DNA of 16,645 nt from a virus, in IMG/VR virus record IMGVR_UViG_3300045993_000193; one strand, written 5' to 3'. A model generated the notes under the pieces. That model had not been told where the DNA came from. It did not search any database and saw only the letters and a program-made list of their open reading frames with translations. How positions within the stretch are numbered: the stretch's first letter is position 1; each line of letters begins with the position of its first letter. The translations under genes were made by a program, and so were the position numbers. Positions 12,775 to 16,645 of the stretch are shown here, one piece after another.

Positions 12775-13961
12775 ACCGTTTCGGGATCGGTGTCCGGATC
12801 GCTGGGCATGACATTGCCCCGTGGGTGATTGAGGGCGGCACCATCGAATATGGGCGTTCCACCGTCAATGAGCAGCCCGGGGCACCGACCTGCCACCTGA
12901 CGATGTTCACGCGGGAGGGCTACCCGAACAATCCCCAGTCGTGGTTCGATTACGGGATCGGCAGGTGGGACACCGTGTCGGGGTTCGTTGCCGCCCACGA
13001 CACGACAGACGTGTACATCGGGGAAGGGCTGCCACTGTTCATCGGGGCACCCGTGTGGGTGTCCGCGACCACGGGGACGGGGATCGACGTCCGCCGTTTC
13101 ACCGGCAAAGTGCAGTCAATCGAATACTCCCGTTACCGGCTGGATGTGGTGTGCTCGGGAACGTTGGAGGAGTGGGCCAGCAAGGGCATCATGCGCCCCC
13201 CGGAACTGGGTATCGACGCCATGCAGGACGATGCCCGCGCCGCGTACCTGGCGTGGGAGTCGTCCGCCCCCACCGACCTGCACATTGAACCCGCTGCCGG
13301 TATCAACTTCCCCGGACTGGTGATGATGGCCGTCCCCGAGGACGGCTACCCGATATGCCTGCTCCCCGAACTGCAGAACCTCGCCGACGACGCGGACGCA
13401 CTCCTGTATCAGGACAGGGAAGGACGGGTCATCTACCGGCACAGGTCGTGGGAACCACCGGCGGAGTATGCGATCCCCTCCGGGATTGTCAACGCGAACG
13501 CCATAGACATGGTGTTGGAGTTGGGGGATATGCCTTCCCGTGTCGTGGTGGAGTACGGTGCCCCCGACGCCGTGACTGGATATCGGGAGTCGGCAGCGTA
13601 CGAGGGTGACGAGTCCCGGTACGTGTACGGGTTCCGTACCGCGTTCTACACCCCGCCGCTGGACGACTACACCTCGGCCTACGCGCACGCCGTGACTGTT
13701 TTCAACCGGGATGCCCCCGCGTGGCACATGCCCGACGTCGAGTTGATGATGACCCTGGCCTCCGATGCGCAGGTGCTGGACGTGTGCGCGTTGGATCAGG
13801 GCTACCCGGTAGTGATCCACGACCTGCCCGACGGTGCCCCGATGGGTGACTACCACGCGAACGTCCTCGGCTGGACCGAGGACCTGTCCTCGAGTGATTG
13901 GGTGATAACGATGCACCTGCACCCCCAGTACGCCATCGAGCAGATGCCGAACCCAGGATGA
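12765..13961 (+). CDS. Minor tail protein (distal tail/baseplate-like, 398 aa)
   Basis: It is the first gene after the tape measure. ATG 12765 or GTG 12771 (GTGA junction) could be the start. Third-position GC is high. Confidence 0.65.
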   Translation: MRVNRFGIGVRIAGHDIAPWVIEGGTIEYGRSTVNEQPGAPTCHLTMFTREGYPNNPQSWFDYGIGRWDTVSGFVAAHDTTDVYIGEGLPLFIGAPVWVSATTGTGIDVRRFTGKVQSIEYSRYRLDVVCSGTLEEWASKGIMRPPELGIDAMQDDARAAYLAWESSAPTDLHIEPAAGINFPGLVMMAVPEDGYPICLLPELQNLADDADALLYQDREGRVIYRHRSWEPPAEYAIPSGIVNANAIDMVLELGDMPSRVVVEYGAPDAVTGYRESAAYEGDESRYVYGFRTAFYTPPLDDYTSAYAHAVTVFNRDAPAWHMPDVELMMTLASDAQVLDVCALDQGYPVVIHDLPDGAPMGDYHANVLGWTEDLSSSDWVITMHLHPQYAIEQMPNPG

Positions 13962-14269
13962 GCGCCGTCAGTGCACACAACAACATCTACGACCGGCTTA
14001 TCGCCCTGTCGGCCCGCTACCACACCAGCGTGCATATTGGTGGCCCGTTCCGGGAGGGTGACCCCGCCCACGTCAACGAGCACAACCGCGCCAACGTCGC
14101 CATGATCCACCTGCGGGATGCCGGGAACGCCGCCGGTGTCACCCCCACGATCGCGATCACCCTCCCCGACTCCGCCGGGGTCGGCGCCACGGGTCACATC
14201 GCTGACCATGTCCTGATGGACGCCGCACTCGATGTACTGGAATCTGTAACCCTGCCGTGGGAGGTCTGA
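13958..14269 (+). CDS. Small tail-associated hypothetical protein (103 aa)
   Basis: ATG 13958 forms an ATGA junction. The gene lies within the minor tail gene block. Confidence 0.55.
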   Translation: MSAVSAHNNIYDRLIALSARYHTSVHIGGPFREGDPAHVNEHNRANVAMIHLRDAGNAAGVTPTIAITLPDSAGVGATGHIADHVLMDAALDVLESVTLPWEV

Positions 14270-14661
14270 TGATTACCGCCACCTATCCGATTCGTGTTCG
14301 CAGGCATGCGGGCTGGACAGACACCCTGACCGTGGAGCAGGAGGAACCAGCCGTTGCCCCCGCCACGGGCACCGTGTTCGTCCCTATCGACCTAAGCGGC
14401 TACACCGCCAGGATGCAGGTCCGCGAGTACCTCGACGAGGACGACGACGCGCCACTGCTCGCGACACTAGACACCGCGACGACGGGCATCGTGATCGACG
14501 GCCCCGCCGGAACGATCACCCTGTCCATGCCCGACACCCTCACCGGCCTCATCGACGCAGGACGCTGGGTGTATGACCTGCGACTAGTCCCCTTGGGTGG
14601 GGAAGCCGAATACTTGATCGGTGGCCCGTTCATCGTTGCCCCATCGGTGACAACGCCGTGA
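14269..14661 (+). CDS. Minor tail protein (130 aa, beta-sandwich-like)
   Basis: There is a TGATG junction at 14267-14271. [31 protein letters not shown] resembles a pattern I recall from small actinophage minor tail proteins encoded next to collagen-like fibres. Confidence 0.55.
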   Translation: MITATYPIRVRRHAGWTDTLTVEQEEPAVAPATGTVFVPIDLSGYTARMQVREYLDEDDDAPLLATLDTATTGIVIDGPAGTITLSMPDTLTGLIDAGRWVYDLRLVPLGGEAEYLIGGPFIVAPSVTTP

Positions 14662-15962
14662 CTATCCGGATCACGTCGAACCAGACAACCGTCCGCGTCA
14701 CCCCGGACGGGCCGCAACTCGTCACCCGCATCACCTCCCAACTCACGAACGTGCGCGTGACTGCTGAACCGGACGGCACCCCTGTCGTGGTGTCCACGTC
14801 GGTCCGCGGATTCCAAGGCCCCGAGGGGGCGGACGGCCCCGCAGGACCCGCAGGCCCCGCAGGGCCGGAAGGCCCCGACGGCCCCCCCGGACCGCAAGGA
14901 CCAATCGGGCCGGAAGGTGGACCCCCAGGACCGCAGGGACCGCAAGGACTCACCGGACCCACCGGCCCGACAGGACCCACGGGACCGCAGGGCATCCAAG
15001 GCGACCCCGGTACAGCAGGCGCAGCAGGAACGGCAGGGGCAGCGGGAACACCAGGTGCCACAGGACCGACGGGACCGCAAGGCCCACAGGGGCCTGCAGG
15101 CGCAGACTCCACAGTGGCAGGACCTACGGGACCCACCGGCCCGCAAGGTCCGCAGGGACCAGCAGGGGCAGACTCCATCGTCGCCGGACCCACGGGTCCA
15201 GCAGGCGCTGACGGGCTGGACGGTGCCACAGGACCCACAGGACCCACCGGCCCGACAGGACCGGCGGGCGCTGACGGGCTGGACGGTACCGCCGGGTCTG
15301 CAGGTGCGAACGGACTAGACGGTGCCACCGGCCCTACAGGACCCACCGGACCCACAGGACCCACGGGGCCGCAGGGCATTCAAGGCATCCAAGGTATCAA
15401 GGGCGACACCGGAACAACCGGGGCCACCGGCAGCGCTGGGGCGACGGGTTCGGCGGGCGCAACAGGCGCGACCGGTTCAAGTCCAGTGTTCGCCCTCGTC
15501 AACGGTCCCAGTGGTACGGCACTGTCGGGACTGTCCACTACCACGGTGAACCTGTCAGGAAAGAGCGTGATCCTGATTCAGGTGGAGGGCGCGTCAGGGA
15601 CTGTCGGATCGTGGTGGGCGTCAGTCCGGTTCAACGCCGATTCGGGAAGCGTCTACTACAAAAACTCGATCGGGTTCGTCAACGGATCACCCATCATCGG
15701 GACCGGGGCCGGGACGCAGATCGTCCCTGCACAGATCGACTCCGCCGGTCATGCACTCTCATTCATGATGCTGGTTCAGGGCTGCAACGGGACCGGCCCG
15801 AAGGTCATGTCATGGACCGGTGTCGCCTCAGTTACCGCCACCGCGTCCGTATCTCAGACTGGGATCGGCATGTACGTCGGGACCTCCGCGATTACGTCTA
15901 TCACCATCGCATCCGGGTCCGGCAACTTCGACGCCGGAACCCTGTTCGTATACGCAGGATAG
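14658..15962 (+). CDS. Collagen-like (Gly-X-Y) tail fibre with a C-terminal globular domain
   Basis: There is a GTGA junction at 14658-14661. About 225 residues of G-X-Y triplets ([23 protein letters not shown]...) are followed by a 159-aa non-repetitive C-terminus, a likely receptor-binding domain. Confidence 0.85.
   Translation: MTIRITSNQTTVRVTPDGPQLVTRITSQLTNVRVTAEPDGTPVVVSTSVRGFQGPEGADGPAGPAGPAGPEGPDGPPGPQGPIGPEGGPPGPQGPQGLTGPTGPTGPTGPQGIQGDPGTAGAAGTAGAAGTPGATGPTGPQGPQGPAGADSTVAGPTGPTGPQGPQGPAGADSIVAGPTGPAGADGLDGATGPTGPTGPTGPAGADGLDGTAGSAGANGLDGATGPTGPTGPTGPTGPQGIQGIQGIKGDTGTTGATGSAGATGSAGATGATGSSPVFALVNGPSGTALSGLSTTTVNLSGKSVILIQVEGASGTVGSWWASVRFNADSGSVYYKNSIGFVNGSPIIGTGAGTQIVPAQIDSAGHALSFMMLVQGCNGTGPKVMSWTGVASVTATASVSQTGIGMYVGTSAITSITIASGSGNFDAGTLFVYAG
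14808..15482. repeat. Triplet-periodic G-X-Y coding repeat region with internal duplicated modules
   Basis: The 9-nt GGN-CCN-NNN periodicity is visible. A 21-nt perfect repeat GGCGCTGACGGGCTGGACGGT occurs at 15204-15224 and 15267-15287. The peptide modules [13 protein letters not shown](T/I)VAGPTGP are duplicated. Confidence 0.9.
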
Positions 15963-15975
15963 GAGAGGAAATCCC

Positions 15976-16044
15976 ATGACCCTTGACATTGTTGAATTGA
16001 TCCTGCTTGGCGTGATCCTCGCGCTACTGATCTTCCGACGCTGA
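15976..16044 (+). CDS. 22-aa single-TM micro-protein at the head of the lysis cassette
   Basis: A strong SD, AGGAGAGG (15961-15968), lies 7 nt before ATG 15976. Translation is MTLDIVELILLGVILALLIFRR. Stop TGA 16042-16044 sits in a TGATG junction with the holin start. Confidence 0.5.
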   Translation: MTLDIVELILLGVILALLIFRR

Positions 16045-16289
16045 TGTGGACAGTCACGTTCTGGAAAGCGATCGCGGAGCGGGCAGTGTTCACGATGGTG
16101 GAAGTCCTCGTTCCGATGCTGGTCCTGACCAGGATCGACATGCTGGACTGGGCGGCAACGTTCTGGGTTGTCACCTCGGCTGGTGTGCTCGCACTCTTGA
16201 AGGGTCTGCTTGCGTCACGTGTCGGCAGCGATGGGCCGTCGATGATCTCGGCTGAGAAACTCGCACCCCCGGCAGGCCCCGATGGGTAA
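16044..16289 (+). CDS. Holin (phage r1t-like, two TM helices)
   Basis: WTVTFWKAIAERAVFTMVE matches the conserved FWKAxxERAxxT start of r1t-type actinophage holins. There are two hydrophobic helices and a hydrophilic C-terminus. Confidence 0.7.
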   Translation: MWTVTFWKAIAERAVFTMVEVLVPMLVLTRIDMLDWAATFWVVTSAGVLALLKGLLASRVGSDGPSMISAEKLAPPAGPDG

Positions 16290-16645
16290 GAACACGCCCC
16301 CAGGACCGGCAGTGGACTCCTCCGGTCAGACAGTTATCGATCCGACGCTGAATGTCACCAACATGCTGGAGGCGGCAGTCCGGCGGTTGGATGACCTGCG
16401 GGAGGCGTCGGAACGCCGCCAGGACGGCAACATCGAGACGGAGGGTCACCACGTTCGTGAACTGAGCGCGATGCGGGAATCCCATGCGAGGGAGTTGCGG
16501 GAGAAGGAAGCCGAACGGATCGACGCTATCCGTCTCGTGGACGTGAACGCTGTCGCCCGCGCCGCTGAGGTGTCGGCGGCGCAGGCGGCAGCCCTCGCCG
16601 CACAGGTCGCGTTGTCCGCTGACGCCATGCGGGTTCAGGTCGCGG
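16282..16645 (+). CDS. N-terminal part of the wrap-around lysis-cassette coiled-coil protein (continues at 1-353)
   Basis: ATG 16282 overlaps the holin stop (ATGGGTAA). The ORF runs off the window end and, via the 114-nt overlap, continues in frame to TAG 351-353. Confidence 0.7.
   Translation, partial: MGKNTPPGPAVDSSGQTVIDPTLNVTNMLEAAVRRLDDLREASERRQDGNIETEGHHVRELSAMRESHARELREKEAERIDAIRLVDVNAVARAAEVSAAQAAALAAQVALSADAMRVQVA
16532..16645. repeat. Terminal overlap, copy 2 (identical to 1-114)
   Basis: Direct comparison with 1-114 shows no mismatches. Confidence 0.95.

Noticed and set aside
14400-15379. Minus-strand ORFs 14400-15146 and 14630..15379 ([10 protein letters not shown]...) and the alternate-frame + ORF 14917-15318
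   Set aside because: They are by-products of the triplet-periodic G-X-Y repeat, which stays open in several frames and on both strands. The sense G-X-Y frame is linked to the upstream gene by a GTGA junction and continues into a non-repetitive C-terminal domain.

Overview
The window appears to be one complete, circularly closed phage genome. The first 114 nt are identical to the last 114 nt, giving a unit length of 16,531 bp. It is high-GC (about 65% by eye) and looks like a siphovirus-type actinobacteriophage. Every credible gene is on the + strand, and most junctions are ATGA, GTGA, TGATG or TAATG overlaps. That junction pattern let me call several genes under 60 aa that are missing from the ORF track.

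The early arm (1068-4901) holds small Cys4 zinc-ribbon, HTH and membrane proteins, an ERF-family annealing protein, and three DNA methyltransferase genes (one C5, two beta-class amino-MTases). It ends at a perfect 10-bp hairpin.

The late arm runs from about 4951 through the window end to 1034. In order it encodes an HNH-large terminase fusion, portal, prohead protease-major capsid fusion, head-tail proteins, a putative major tail protein, tape measure, minor tail proteins, and a collagen-like (G-X-Y) fibre. It finishes with a lysis cassette: a 22-aa membrane peptide, an r1t-like holin, a tail-anchored coiled-coil protein that spans the window junction, and an M15 endolysin with a PG_binding_1 domain.

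I saw no integrase, repressor, polymerase, primase, helicase, tRNA or CRISPR array.

The most unusual observations are:
1. An SD-preceded +1-frame ORF nested in the C5-MTase gene has the better codon signature. It ends in an ATGA junction onto the segment holding motifs IX-X.
2. The second amino-MTase is broken by a single extra nucleotide inside its catalytic (D/N)PPY codons.
3. Perfect DnaA-box-like 9-mers (3 direct, 2 inverted) bracket the low-GC3 HNH-coding module fused to the terminase.
4. A T-free block of 10-bp-phased GCAAAC repeats lies in the intergenic region that probably holds the packaging site.
5. An A10 homopolymer sits in the tape measure gene.

All functional calls rest on motif recognition by eye. 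No database search was run.
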